Shown in pieces: positions 1 to 9,674 of a stretch of DNA of 64,000 nt. The notes under the pieces are model-generated. The model did no database searches, had not been told where the DNA came from, and saw nothing but the letters and a program-made list of their open reading frames with translations. Numbering within the stretch: the stretch's first letter is position 1; every line of letters starts with the position of its first letter. A program made the translations under genes and the position numbers. Source of the stretch: a candidate division WOR-3 bacterium (lineage in GTDB: Bacteria > Hydrothermota > Hydrothermia > LBFQ01 > DSFT01); the NCBI GenBank assembly GCA_025060695.1, contig JANXBH010000008.1, positions 2,094 through 66,093 on the forward strand. Reading direction: 5' to 3'.

Positions 1-1
1 T

Positions 2-220
2 AAGTTTGGTATTTTTGTATTTATAGCTTATATTCTCTACTTAATTTACATTATAGTTAATTGTTTAGTTTCAATCAAAAATCCATTTTCAAGAGCAATA
101 CTCCTTAGTATCGTTGGTTTTCTCTTTGGTTCAATTAGTCCATATAGCTTAGTTTTGTTTTATCCATTTTGGGCTTTTCTTGTATTAGTTATGAATTATT
201 TTAAGGTAGAACTAAAATAA
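2..220 (+). CDS. 3' end of a membrane protein gene that begins upstream of the window. Translation ends ...FLFGSISPYSLVLFYPFWAFLVLVMNYFKVELK.
   Basis: Frame is open from the window edge to TAA at 218-220; hydrophobic TM-like sequence. Confidence 0.3.
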   Translation, partial: KFGIFVFIAYILYLIYIIVNCLVSIKNPFSRAILLSIVGFLFGSISPYSLVLFYPFWAFLVLVMNYFKVELK

Positions 221-494
221 CTCTTTTTAATTGGCTTGTTTCTTGCTCCTTTAAGATAATTATATATATCCCCTTTTTTTGAAGTTGAACTTTATACACA
301 TTATTCCCTATATTAATTGCACTGAATGTAATTTTTCCTGTATTATCGTAAATACTTAGTATAGATGGCTTATCGCTTTGTGCATATATTATGGCACTTT
401 GGTTTTTTCTAATAACTGTGGATTCTACTTCAAGATTTATCTTTGCATTTGCTATACCTAAAAGAATTAGAAATATTAAAGCAAGTTTTTTCAT
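201..494 (-). CDS. Small secreted protein (97 aa) with an N-terminal signal peptide; no recognised family.
   Basis: ORF track; signal-like N-terminus MKKLALIFLILLGIANA; TTTAAAATTT element immediately upstream of the ATG. Confidence 0.4.
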   Translation of the reverse strand: MKKLALIFLILLGIANAKINLEVESTVIRKNQSAIIYAQSDKPSILSIYDNTGKITFSAINIGNNVYKVQLQKKGIYIIILKEQETSQLKRVILVLP

Positions 495-528
495 AGCTCT
501 TAAATTTTAAAGGATAAAATAAAAATTT

Positions 529-1673
529 TCAACTTTTTAACCTTTGAATTTTATCTTTGTATAATTGAGCTATTAGGAGTATTTCAAATGGTAAAACATA
601 TAATTTAAATCTTGCCTGGTCAAAAAGTCCATATGGATTATACATTGCATATATTATTACCATAGATATGTAGGATAAAGGAATAAACCAATCTTTTTTA
701 AAGTAGAAGATAAGACCTATTATAGTCAGAATTCCAAAAATTATAGAGATAGGAAATAGAAGATTAAAAAGTCTTACTTTTGGCACTATACTAAGAAAGA
801 ATATATTTTCTGCAATATATTTTGCTACTTTATCTATTTCCCACCTTATTTTCACCTTTTCCTTCCAACAGTCTGAATTATATTTTGAAAAAGGGTATAC
901 CATTAGCATATGACGTTCTATATCGTTTATGCCAGCTTTATTGAGTACGCAATTTTTTATATCAGTCCTAACTTTTTCTAAATTAAAGTTTTTTTCTACG
1001 TTTGTTGTATAAGCTCTAAGTGTCCAATAGTAAAAATTAGTTTGGTCTCCGCATATATTTTGCAATGAAATTGCAAATATTGGAGGAATTAGTAGGAAAG
1101 ATAGACTTAATTTACGAATTTTTAGAATATATAACAATCCTACGATAGAAAACTCAGGTCTAATTAATGATGCAAAAAATAGGACTATTGCAGAAGGAAG
1201 AATTCTGCCTTTTATGTATAATGCAAGTGATATTGCTAATAGTGAAAAAGTCGGAGGTTCTAAAAGTAATCTAGGTGCATAGTAGAAGGAATTAGGCTTA
1301 AGCCTATACTTCTTAATAAGTATGCTGTAGAAATGTAGGTTAGTATTGAAAATATTAGTATTCCGAATATTGGAAAGTATTCACGAAATAGGAACATAAG
1401 TGGTGTAAAAACTAAGGATGAATTTAGTCTAAAACATACAAAATGCTTCTTTTCTTGATATTCTATTATGGGTATAAAATTTTTAAATACCGCGTAGGAG
1501 GCAAAAAGATATGGTTTTGTATCATCAGTGGAACCTACCACATTAGTTTTTAGTAAACTTTCTACTGAAGAGATATCTATTGTGCGAGGTCTTTTGTCAG
1601 TATATAGTTTTATACCAAAAGCAAGGATAGCTAAAATTAATGCAAAAACATAAATTTTATTTTGTCCTAACAT
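529..1673 (-). pseudogene. Membrane glycosyltransferase of the ArnT/PMT-like (GT39/GT83-type) family, apparently frameshifted. Two polytopic membrane ORFs (1260..1673 and 529..1137) have open frames that overlap between 1260 and 1380.
   Basis: By my own translation, the frame of the 529..1137 ORF is open upstream to a TGA at 1381-1383. That overlaps the 3' end of ORF 1260..1673 in a different frame. Both parts are multi-TM and hydrophobic. Confidence 0.45.
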
Positions 1674-3012
1674 ATGTTAGCTTTAGTAAAAAGTAAATTA
1701 AAAGACCTAAAGCTAACCATACTAAAAACCTTATCCAAGTAATAGTTGGAAGACTGAGCATTAAGATAAGACAGCTTATAATACCAAAAACCTGAATAAT
1801 TGGAAAGAATGGAGTTTTAAATACTGGTCTAAATTCTCCTCTTAATCTTGAATACATAGAACCTACATTAATAATAAGAAAAACAAAGAGTGTCCCAATA
1901 TTTGTAAGCTCAGCAACTACACTAATATCTACAAGTGCAGAAAAAACAGCTACAATAAGACCGCATAGTATTATTGAGATATACGGAGTTTTAAATTTTG
2001 GGTGAATATAGGCAAAAAAATTAGGAAGAAGACCATCTCTTGCCATAGAATAGAAAATTCTTGGTTGTCCTGCTTGAAATACTAACAATACTGTTGTAGT
2101 GGAAATAAGTGCTCCAATTGCTAAAATCGAACTTGCCCACTCTAAATTTATATAGTTCAATGCCCTTGCTAATGGGTCTGCTACATTTAGCTGTTTGTAG
2201 TTAGATATGCCGAGTAAAACAAAACAAACCGCAATATACAAGATAGTAGATATTAACAGAGAGCCAATAATACCAATTGGTAAGTCTCGTTTTGGATTTT
2301 TAACTTCTTCTGCAGTTGTTGAAACTGCATCAAAACCAATATATGCAAAGAATATAAGTGCTGAACCTGTTAATATTCCACTAATACCATAAGGAGCAAA
2401 GGGCTGAAAATTATTAAAGTTTATAAATGGTAATCCAATCAAAATAAAAAATAACAAAATTAGAATTTTTGTAATTACTAAGATATTGTTAAATCTTGCG
2501 GTTTCTTTAATACCTAACAAAATTATAAATGAAACAAATAAAGAAATAGAAAATGCAAAAAAGTCAAAATTATTTCCAAAATCTACATTTATATTTAAAT
2601 TACTTAGTAAAGTTTTAAAATAACTTGACCAACTTATGGCAACTACCATATTTCCTACCAAATATTCTAAAATTAAGTTCCATCCTACTAAAAAAGCAAT
2701 AAATTCACCAAGTGCTACAAAAGCATACGAATATGCACTACCACTTATTGGTATTGAAGATGAAAATTCCGCATAACTTAGAGCGGTAAATAAGCAAGCA
2801 ATACTTGCAATTATAAAAGATATAATAACTGCAGGACCACTATAACTACTTGCAGTTCCTACAAGAGCAAAAATACCTGCCCCAACAATAGCACCAATAC
2901 CAAACCATGTTAAATCCAAAGCATTCAAAACTTTCTTTAAATTACTTCTCTCACTTTCTAAAATAATTTCTTCAATAGACTTTCTTCTAAAAAAACTACT
3001 AAACAATATCAA
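1657..3012 (-). CDS. APC-family amino acid permease (451 aa, about 12 TM segments).
   Basis: Many TM helices and glycine-rich motifs typical of amino acid transporters (GIGAIVGAGIF). Confidence 0.8.
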   Translation of the reverse strand: MILFSSFFRRKSIEEIILESERSNLKKVLNALDLTWFGIGAIVGAGIFALVGTASSYSGPAVIISFIIASIACLFTALSYAEFSSSIPISGSAYSYAFVALGEFIAFLVGWNLILEYLVGNMVVAISWSSYFKTLLSNLNINVDFGNNFDFFAFSISLFVSFIILLGIKETARFNNILVITKILILLFFILIGLPFINFNNFQPFAPYGISGILTGSALIFFAYIGFDAVSTTAEEVKNPKRDLPIGIIGSLLISTILYIAVCFVLLGISNYKQLNVADPLARALNYINLEWASSILAIGALISTTTVLLVFQAGQPRIFYSMARDGLLPNFFAYIHPKFKTPYISIILCGLIVAVFSALVDISVVAELTNIGTLFVFLIINVGSMYSRLRGEFRPVFKTPFFPIIQVFGIISCLILMLSLPTITWIRFLVWLALGLLIYFLLKLTYVRTK

Positions 3013-4112
3013 AGTTTAAAGTTTAAGTATTTAGATATGGCATAGCTCATCCAAGCGATAGACCATCTCATATATGGAATTTTGTTTTTAAAAAATTTAT
3101 ATTCTTGAAAATAAAAGTATTGCTTTTTTATATCAAACATTCTATCTATTGCATTATCTAAGATTTTTTTTGCAATTTCTTTTTCTCCAAACTCTACAAA
3201 TAAAACTATGGCGGTTGCATATGAGTGAATATCAAGAGGATATAGCTTATTATGGTAGTACTTTGGTAGATAGTTCTCTGTAAATAGGTGTTTCTTATAA
3301 AATTCATATCCTTTTTCTATCGCCTCATTTATTCTTTTATCTTCTGTTGCTTTATATATCCACTTTAAAGAAAGTAAATTATACGCACTATGGAAATTAT
3401 CAATATACTTTATGTTTGGAGCATAGAACCAACTTCCATCTTTATTTTGAAATTTATATGCAAACATGCCACATTTTAAAGCAATGTCTCTTAGTTTTTC
3501 ATCACGATTTATCAAATAAACTCTTGAAATTAAAGACCCTCCTAAAAGACTTGCATTAAATACCATAAGTTTATCAATAGGAGTGTAGGAAAATACTAAA
3601 AAATCATCTTCTTGATAGATATTTAAATCATTTAGTATAAAATCAATACAAGATGTAGCAACTTTTAAATCATTAGTGTTCTCAAAACTTTCATAGGCAT
3701 CTAAAAATGCATGCCCAATAAATGAAGTGTTAACAATAGTAGGGCTATACGGTTTTAAATAAAAAACTCTACTTTGCCAAGGGAAGTTATAACCCCAACA
3801 ATAACCACTATAACCCTTTGAACTTAGATTTAAGAGTAGATTTCTTAAAATATAATAATTTTCAATATCCTGAAGTTTAGAAAAAACTGAAAGGAAAAGA
3901 CCAATACCTTTCGGATTATAGTCTTTTTTTATTAAAAGTAATTTCCTTAGATTAAATGGCAAGTGCTTTATTGTCTGAGTAAATAGTATACGAAGATACT
4001 TATTAAATCCTAAGAATTTTAGTATTGGACTATTTAGTGCATCGTATGGATCATATCCTTTAAAACCCTCTAATTTTGCATATTTTAAGAGTAGTTTTAA
4101 TACTTGTTCCAT
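3009..4112 (-). CDS. Hypothetical protein (367 aa), aromatic-rich, no recognised motif.
   Basis: Long ORF in a compact operon; overlaps the permease stop by 4 nt. Confidence 0.45.
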   Translation of the reverse strand: MEQVLKLLLKYAKLEGFKGYDPYDALNSPILKFLGFNKYLRILFTQTIKHLPFNLRKLLLIKKDYNPKGIGLFLSVFSKLQDIENYYILRNLLLNLSSKGYSGYCWGYNFPWQSRVFYLKPYSPTIVNTSFIGHAFLDAYESFENTNDLKVATSCIDFILNDLNIYQEDDFLVFSYTPIDKLMVFNASLLGGSLISRVYLINRDEKLRDIALKCGMFAYKFQNKDGSWFYAPNIKYIDNFHSAYNLLSLKWIYKATEDKRINEAIEKGYEFYKKHLFTENYLPKYYHNKLYPLDIHSYATAIVLFVEFGEKEIAKKILDNAIDRMFDIKKQYFYFQEYKFFKNKIPYMRWSIAWMSYAISKYLNFKL

Positions 4113-4150
4113 AGTCCTGAGAAGGAGTTAAAATTTAAAGGATATTAGGA

Positions 4151-5428
4151 GTGAAAACTTTAAAATTTTATACAATGAAGTTTTATATAGAAGGACAAAA
4201 AACATTAAAAGGGGAGCTTTATATTAGTGGTGCAAAGAATTCTGCACTTGCAATAATGCCTGCTACAATTTTATTAGAAAAACCAGTAATTTTAAAAAAT
4301 ATTCCTGATGTAGAAGACATTAGAACTATGTCAGAACTTTTAAAAATTCTTGGTGTTAAGGTAAAAAAAATAAATAAAAATACATTGGAAATTGATCCAA
4401 GAGATATTAATAAGTATCAGGCTCCATATGAACTTGTAAGTAAAATGAGAGCAAGTATTTATGTTTTAGGACCGTTGCTTGTAAGATTTAAAAAGGCAAT
4501 TGTATACATGCCTGGTGGTTGTTCATTTGGTCCAAGACCTATTGATTTTCATATTGAAGGATTAAAAAAATTAGGTGCTAATATTAAAATTGAACATGGA
4601 AATATTGTAGCAATAGTAGATGAATTTAAATCAGCACATATTCAATTACCCTTTAAAAGTGTTGGTGCAACTATACACCTAATTATGACAAGTGCTTTGT
4701 TAAAAGATAAAAAAATAACAATTTCAAATTGTGCACTTGAGCCTGAAGTAGTTGATTTAGCACATTTCTTGAATAAAGCAGGTGCGAAAATATATGGTGT
4801 GGGTTATGATGAAGTTATAATTGAAGGAGTAAATAAGCTTGAAATTGACGAATATGAAATTATACCTGATAGAATAGAAGCAGGGACTTATTTAGTTGCA
4901 GGTTCATTTAAAAATAATAAAATTCTACTAAGAAATGTTATAGTAGAGCATTTAGAGCCTGTAATAGATAAACTACTCTCTATTGGTGTGAAGCTAAAAA
5001 TATATAAAAATGAAATACTTGTAGAGGGTATAGAAAAGCCAAGGTCTATAGAAATACAAACTCAGCCTTTTCCGGGTTTCCCAACTGATATGCAAGCTCA
5101 ATTTATGACATTACTATCGATAGCTGATGGTGTTAGTATTATTAAGGAAAATATATATCCAAATAGGTTTGCACATGCATACGAGCTTATGCGAATGTCC
5201 GCAGATATCAAGATAGTAGAAAATGTTGCTATAGTAAAAGGAGTAAATGAACTTACTTCTGCTATAGTTAATGCTACTGATCTTAGAGCGAGTGCAAGTC
5301 TGGTCCTTGCTGGCTTGATAGCCAATGGAAATACAATAATTGAAAATATTGAACATATAGATAGAGGATATGAGGATATTGAGATTAAGTTTAATAAACT
5401 TGGTGCTAAGATAGAAAGAATTATATGA
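4151..5428 (+). CDS. murA: UDP-N-acetylglucosamine 1-carboxyvinyltransferase.
   Basis: 425 aa; GTG start preceded by AGGAG; MurA-like sequence throughout (ISGAKNSALAIMPA, PGGCSFGPRPIDFH). Confidence 0.9.
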   Translation: MKTLKFYTMKFYIEGQKTLKGELYISGAKNSALAIMPATILLEKPVILKNIPDVEDIRTMSELLKILGVKVKKINKNTLEIDPRDINKYQAPYELVSKMRASIYVLGPLLVRFKKAIVYMPGGCSFGPRPIDFHIEGLKKLGANIKIEHGNIVAIVDEFKSAHIQLPFKSVGATIHLIMTSALLKDKKITISNCALEPEVVDLAHFLNKAGAKIYGVGYDEVIIEGVNKLEIDEYEIIPDRIEAGTYLVAGSFKNNKILLRNVIVEHLEPVIDKLLSIGVKLKIYKNEILVEGIEKPRSIEIQTQPFPGFPTDMQAQFMTLLSIADGVSIIKENIYPNRFAHAYELMRMSADIKIVENVAIVKGVNELTSAIVNATDLRASASLVLAGLIANGNTIIENIEHIDRGYEDIEIKFNKLGAKIERII

Positions 5429-6120
5429 GAGAGCAAACATTTTGGGAGCATGTAGGTGAACTAAGAAAAAGGATTATTTACATTGTTATTTTTTTGATAC
5501 CAGTATTTATAGCTTGTTTTGTTTTCTCGAATAAGATTTTACAAATAGTTTCTAAGCCTATTGGGACACTATACTTTTTCTCACCTATAGAAGCATTTAG
5601 TGTGAAGTTAAAGTTGGCATTTTTATCCTCAATCTTTATGTCTTTTCCATTTATAGCATTTCAAATTTGGAAGTTTATAGAACCTGCACTATTTTCAAAT
5701 GAAAAACTTATCCTAATCTTCGGTCTTCTATCTTCTATACTTTTGTTTTACTTAGGCTCTTCACTTTCTATCTTTATAATAACTCCAATTGGAGTGAAAT
5801 TTCTAATGAGTTTTTCAGAGGAAAATCTAAGAGCACTAATTAGAGCAGATGATTATTTAAATTTTTTGCTTTTTATGACACTTTCATTTGGTTTGCTATT
5901 TCAAATTCCTATTGTTATGACAATCCTATCCGCACTTAAAGTTGTAGAACCATCTTTATATTCAAAACACAGGAAAATTATAATTTTACTAATTTTTATT
6001 GGTTCTGCAATAATTACCCCTACCGTAGATGCATTTAGCATGCTGCTTTTAGCAATTCCACTAATTATTATTTATGAAATTGGCATAATTTTTTCTAAAA
6101 TTTTTTACAAAAGTTCTTGA
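5425..6120 (+). CDS. tatC: Twin-arginine translocase subunit TatC.
   Basis: 231 aa polytopic protein; N-terminus WEHVGELRKRIIY is typical of TatC; 4-nt overlap with murA. Confidence 0.8.
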   Translation: MREQTFWEHVGELRKRIIYIVIFLIPVFIACFVFSNKILQIVSKPIGTLYFFSPIEAFSVKLKLAFLSSIFMSFPFIAFQIWKFIEPALFSNEKLILIFGLLSSILLFYLGSSLSIFIITPIGVKFLMSFSEENLRALIRADDYLNFLLFMTLSFGLLFQIPIVMTILSALKVVEPSLYSKHRKIIILLIFIGSAIITPTVDAFSMLLLAIPLIIIYEIGIIFSKIFYKSS

Positions 6121-7151
6121 TAGACTTTTTCATATTTACTTACCATCAATTCTAAACTGTACTCTTTTAAAAGCTTTTTATATCCATTTTCTCCTAGGCT
6201 CTTTCTTAAATTTTGATTATACACCAATTCTACTATTTTTTTAGAAAGCTCTACACTATTTCCAAGTTCAAACAAAATTCCATCTTCATAGTTGGATATT
6301 AAACTTCTTATTCCTACTACGTTGCTTGCTAATACAGGTTTTTTGTGTTTCCATGCTTCTAATATTACAAGTGGAAGTCCTTCCCATCTTGAAGATAAAA
6401 TAAAAATGTCGCAATTTTTTATATAATTTTCAGCATTTTCAATAAATCCTAAAAATACTACTTTATCTTCCAATTTTAATTCCTTCGTCATATTTTCCAA
6501 TTTCTCCCTTTCTGGTCCATCTCCAATAATATAAAGGACAATATCCAATTCTCTTATAAGAGAAATTGATTTAATAAGTGTTGTAATATCCTTTTGATAA
6601 TGAAGTCTTGAAATTGTAAGCAAAGTTATCTTTTCATTTTTCATTGTATTTTCTATAAAGTTTTCTACTTCAATTCCGTTTTGTATTAAAATAATTTTAT
6701 TTGAATATTTTTTTAAAAACTCAAAATCGTCTTTACCCACGCATACTATTTTTTCAACTAAAAATTTATTTGAAATAGTCTCACATAAGTGCATAATCTT
6801 ATTTAATGGGAATTTTCTGTGTAAATAGTGAATTCCGTGAATAGTATATATATGCTTTATTTTTGGCTTTAGGATTTTTATAATTTTTCCCCAAAAACCT
6901 GCCCTAATTCCATGAGAATGAATTAATTTTATATTCTCATTATCTATTACTTTTAATGCTTCAAATATAATGCTTTTTTTTGCATAGTAAAATTTAAAGT
7001 TTTCTATTTTCCTTAGTAAACTTTCTTTTGGTATTTTTGGAATAAAAAATATAAATTCAAACTTATTTTTTAAAGCTTTAGCAACTTCAATTGCTACTTT
7101 TTCACCACCCGAAAAATTGTTATTACTTAGAATGACGAGAATTTTTTCCAT
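6105..7151 (-). CDS. Glycosyltransferase family 4 (GT-B fold).
   Basis: 348 aa; C-terminal EGLPLVILEA-type GT4 motif. Confidence 0.75.
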   Translation of the reverse strand: MEKILVILSNNNFSGGEKVAIEVAKALKNKFEFIFFIPKIPKESLLRKIENFKFYYAKKSIIFEALKVIDNENIKLIHSHGIRAGFWGKIIKILKPKIKHIYTIHGIHYLHRKFPLNKIMHLCETISNKFLVEKIVCVGKDDFEFLKKYSNKIILIQNGIEVENFIENTMKNEKITLLTISRLHYQKDITTLIKSISLIRELDIVLYIIGDGPEREKLENMTKELKLEDKVVFLGFIENAENYIKNCDIFILSSRWEGLPLVILEAWKHKKPVLASNVVGIRSLISNYEDGILFELGNSVELSKKIVELVYNQNLRKSLGENGYKKLLKEYSLELMVSKYEKVYQELL

Positions 7152-7983
7152 ATTCTAAAAATCCTTTCCATCTTCCAATAAGACTGTAGTAGTTCTTTAA
7201 AATACCAAACTTGTTAAATTTTAAAAAGTTAACAACTATTCCTCCAATTGGTCTAATAATTAGATTTTCAAGAGCTGGAAATATTAGCAAGATATCGTTT
7301 CTAATATGTTTTCTAAGAAATGCTCCTATGCCAGTTCCATAATAGTAAAATCTATCTAATGGTTTATTTTCTACTATTGGATGATATACGAATAACTCTC
7401 TACTAAAATATCCCTTAAGACCACTTTTTATTAGTCTATATACAAAGTCTACATCTTCAGCTGGATACTTAGCACCAACACCAAACTCTTCATCAAAGAA
7501 TATACTATCTTTTACATTCGATAATTTTATGAAAATTCCCAATGATGTAATAGTCCTTAGTATGTTTAATGAGTTTATTTGGGATGATTTTTTCAACCAC
7601 CTTGTAGTTGTCTCCTTTTGTTTTTCCTTATCAACTAAGTAAATTGATAATATGTCGTAGTTTTTAGTTTCAAAAAACTCCTTTACTTTATATAGTAAAT
7701 TACTTGGATATTCGCAGTCGTCGTCAGGAAAAGCTAATATATCTCCCTCTATATATTTTATTCCATAATTTCTTGCTTTTGAAAGTCCAGTAAAATTAAC
7801 CCTAAAATATTTTATTAAAAACTCATTTTCAAAATTCTTAACTATATTATAAACTCTATCATCTTCATTCTGGTCTACCATAATAAGTTCAAAATTCTTA
7901 TAGATTTGATGTTTTAGTGAATTTAAAAAAATTTCTAATTCTTTATCTCTTTTATATGTTGCACATATGAGAGAAAATTTCAT
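7123..7983 (-). CDS. Glycosyltransferase family 2.
   Basis: 286 aa; N-terminal ICATYKR...VDQ and an acidic DDD-type motif. Confidence 0.7.
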   Translation of the reverse strand: MKFSLICATYKRDKELEIFLNSLKHQIYKNFELIMVDQNEDDRVYNIVKNFENEFLIKYFRVNFTGLSKARNYGIKYIEGDILAFPDDDCEYPSNLLYKVKEFFETKNYDILSIYLVDKEKQKETTTRWLKKSSQINSLNILRTITSLGIFIKLSNVKDSIFFDEEFGVGAKYPAEDVDFVYRLIKSGLKGYFSRELFVYHPIVENKPLDRFYYYGTGIGAFLRKHIRNDILLIFPALENLIIRPIGGIVVNFLKFNKFGILKNYYSLIGRWKGFLEYGKNSRHSK

Positions 7984-8390
7984 TTTTTAAGGTTTTCCAA
8001 TATACTAATTAATGCTCTTGCACTTTCCTCTCCCTTATTTCCATATTTTCCCCCAGCCCTGTCTAAAGCTTGTGTTATATCTTTTGCAGTAATAATACCA
8101 AATGTTATTGGAATTTCTAATTCTAAGGATAACTTCATAATACCATAGATAAGTGCTTTTGCTATATACTTATCGTGTTCAGTTTCACCTTTTATAATGC
8201 ATCCAATTGCAATAAAACCGTCAAATTTTTTCAATTTAGATAGTAGCTTTATCATAATGGGAATTTCAAATGAACCATTTACGAAGTAAATTTCATAGCT
8301 CAAACCATTTTTCTTCAATACGCTCTCTGCACCTTCTAATAGATTTTTTGTAATTAAACTATTAAAAGAGGATGCTACTATCCCTATCAT
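7980..8390 (-). CDS. ribH: 6,7-dimethyl-8-ribityllumazine synthase.
   Basis: 136 aa; IGIVASSFN N-terminus and overall RibH-like sequence. Confidence 0.85.
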   Translation of the reverse strand: MIGIVASSFNSLITKNLLEGAESVLKKNGLSYEIYFVNGSFEIPIMIKLLSKLKKFDGFIAIGCIIKGETEHDKYIAKALIYGIMKLSLELEIPITFGIITAKDITQALDRAGGKYGNKGEESARALISILENLKK

Positions 8391-9073
8391 ATATTTATTA
8401 TCTCTGAAAGTTTTCTATATGCTTCAATTAAATTACCTTTATCAAATCTAAAAACATCTTTATCATAGCTATTTCCATTTTCATCCCAGACCCTAAATAT
8501 ATCTGGGCTTATCTCATCTCCAAGCAGTATCTCATCGTTATATTTTCCAAACTCAAACTTAATATCTACAAGTTTTAAACTGTAAGATTTAAAAAATTCT
8601 AAAAGTATACTATTTGCTTTCATTGCCATATCCTCTATGACTCTTAGTTCTTCTTCATTTGCAAGATTTAAACTATATATGTGCTCTCTACAAATCAAAG
8701 GATCATTTAGTTCATCATTTTTATAGAAGAATTCCAATATAGGTTTTTTAAATTCATATTTATTTTCTATACCAAGCCTTTTTACTATTGAACCTGTTGC
8801 AATGTTCCTTACTACAATCTCCATTTTAAACATATTTAGCTTTTTACAATAAATCCTATTATTCTCTCTCTTTATGTAATGATTCTTTAGTCCACTTTTA
8901 CTTAATAGTTCAAAGAAAAAACTTGAAAATTTTGCATTTAGGACACCCTTTCCCTCAAAAGTTTGGAATTTTTTTCCATTAAATGCACTTGCATAATCGC
9001 TAAATTCTATTATCACAATATCATCTGAAAATCTATATACGCTTTTTATTTTACCCTTATGTAGAATTTCCAA
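8387..9073 (-). CDS. purC: Phosphoribosylaminoimidazole-succinocarboxamide (SAICAR) synthase.
   Basis: 228 aa; SAICAR-synthetase-like N-terminus (LHKGKIKSVY); TTG start. Confidence 0.85.
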   Translation of the reverse strand: MEILHKGKIKSVYRFSDDIVIIEFSDYASAFNGKKFQTFEGKGVLNAKFSSFFFELLSKSGLKNHYIKRENNRIYCKKLNMFKMEIVVRNIATGSIVKRLGIENKYEFKKPILEFFYKNDELNDPLICREHIYSLNLANEEELRVIEDMAMKANSILLEFFKSYSLKLVDIKFEFGKYNDEILLGDEISPDIFRVWDENGNSYDKDVFRFDKGNLIEAYRKLSEIINI

Positions 9074-9092
9074 GTTTTCTATAATTTTAAAG

Positions 9093-9107
9093 CTTTAAAA
9101 TTTCATT
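9093..9107 (+). promoter_or_regulatory. CTTTAAAATTTCATT immediately 5' of the flavin reductase-like GTG start. An overlapping inverted copy serves the divergent purC.
   Basis: Same motif; the divergent purC side reads CTTTAAAATTATAGAAAA-TTG. Confidence 0.35.
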
Positions 9108-9674
9108 GTGAAATATTTAACTTCGTTTAATTTTAAAAGAGGTTATATAATATATCCTACTCTCGTTGTAGTTGTAGGAGTTTTTGATAAAAATAAAAGG
9201 GCAAATTTTATGTCGTGCGTTTGGAATACTGCTTTATCATTTGAACCTCCACTATATGGTGTATCAATTGCACCTACAAGAGCAACGCATGACTTAATTT
9301 TACAAAGTAGAAGTTTCTCGGTTTGCTTTTATCCATTTATTAAAGCGCAAGATGTAGAATTTTTTGGTACCCGTAGCTATAGAGATACAGATAAGTCAAA
9401 AAATGTAAATTTATTAAAGAGTATAAAGCTTGAAGTTCCTATTCCTGATAGTGCATATGCGGTACTTGAATGTGGTTTATACGATTTTAATAGATATGGC
9501 GACCATACACTATTCGTAGGCAAAATTGAAGTTATTCATTATGACGAAAATGTTACATATGAGCTTTTTAACATGCCAGTTATTAACTTAGATAAGGTAA
9601 AACCAGTTTTATATCTTGGAAATGGGGTTTATCTTACAACTGATAGTAATAGTATCTTAAATTTAAGAGCGTGA
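9108..9674 (+). CDS. Flavin reductase-like domain protein.
   Basis: 188 aa; flavin-reductase-like fold signature (split-barrel FMN-binding family). Confidence 0.7.
   Translation: MKYLTSFNFKRGYIIYPTLVVVVGVFDKNKRANFMSCVWNTALSFEPPLYGVSIAPTRATHDLILQSRSFSVCFYPFIKAQDVEFFGTRSYRDTDKSKNVNLLKSIKLEVPIPDSAYAVLECGLYDFNRYGDHTLFVGKIEVIHYDENVTYELFNMPVINLDKVKPVLYLGNGVYLTTDSNSILNLRA

Noticed and set aside
529-1673. The alternative that ORFs 1260..1673 and 529..1137 are two independent small membrane protein genes.
   Set aside because: The downstream frame is open for 80 codons upstream of its annotated TTG start, across the end of the upstream ORF. Both are polytopic and together they match the size of one ArnT/PMT-like protein. 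I treat a single frameshifted gene as more likely, but this is not proven.
5098-5451. Two antisense ORFs of 117 aa and 108 aa (5098..5451 and 5114..5440) inside murA. Similar embedded ORFs occur within the APC permease (2207..2392), ftsH (32646..33220), cytochrome b (39707..40138), NfeD (53125..54123), LpxA (20421..20873) and other genes.
   Set aside because: They lie entirely within well-supported genes on the opposite strand. Their composition is low-complexity and Ile/Ser/Phe-rich, as expected for reverse-strand translation of AT-rich coding DNA, and they carry no independent signals. They are almost certainly spurious.
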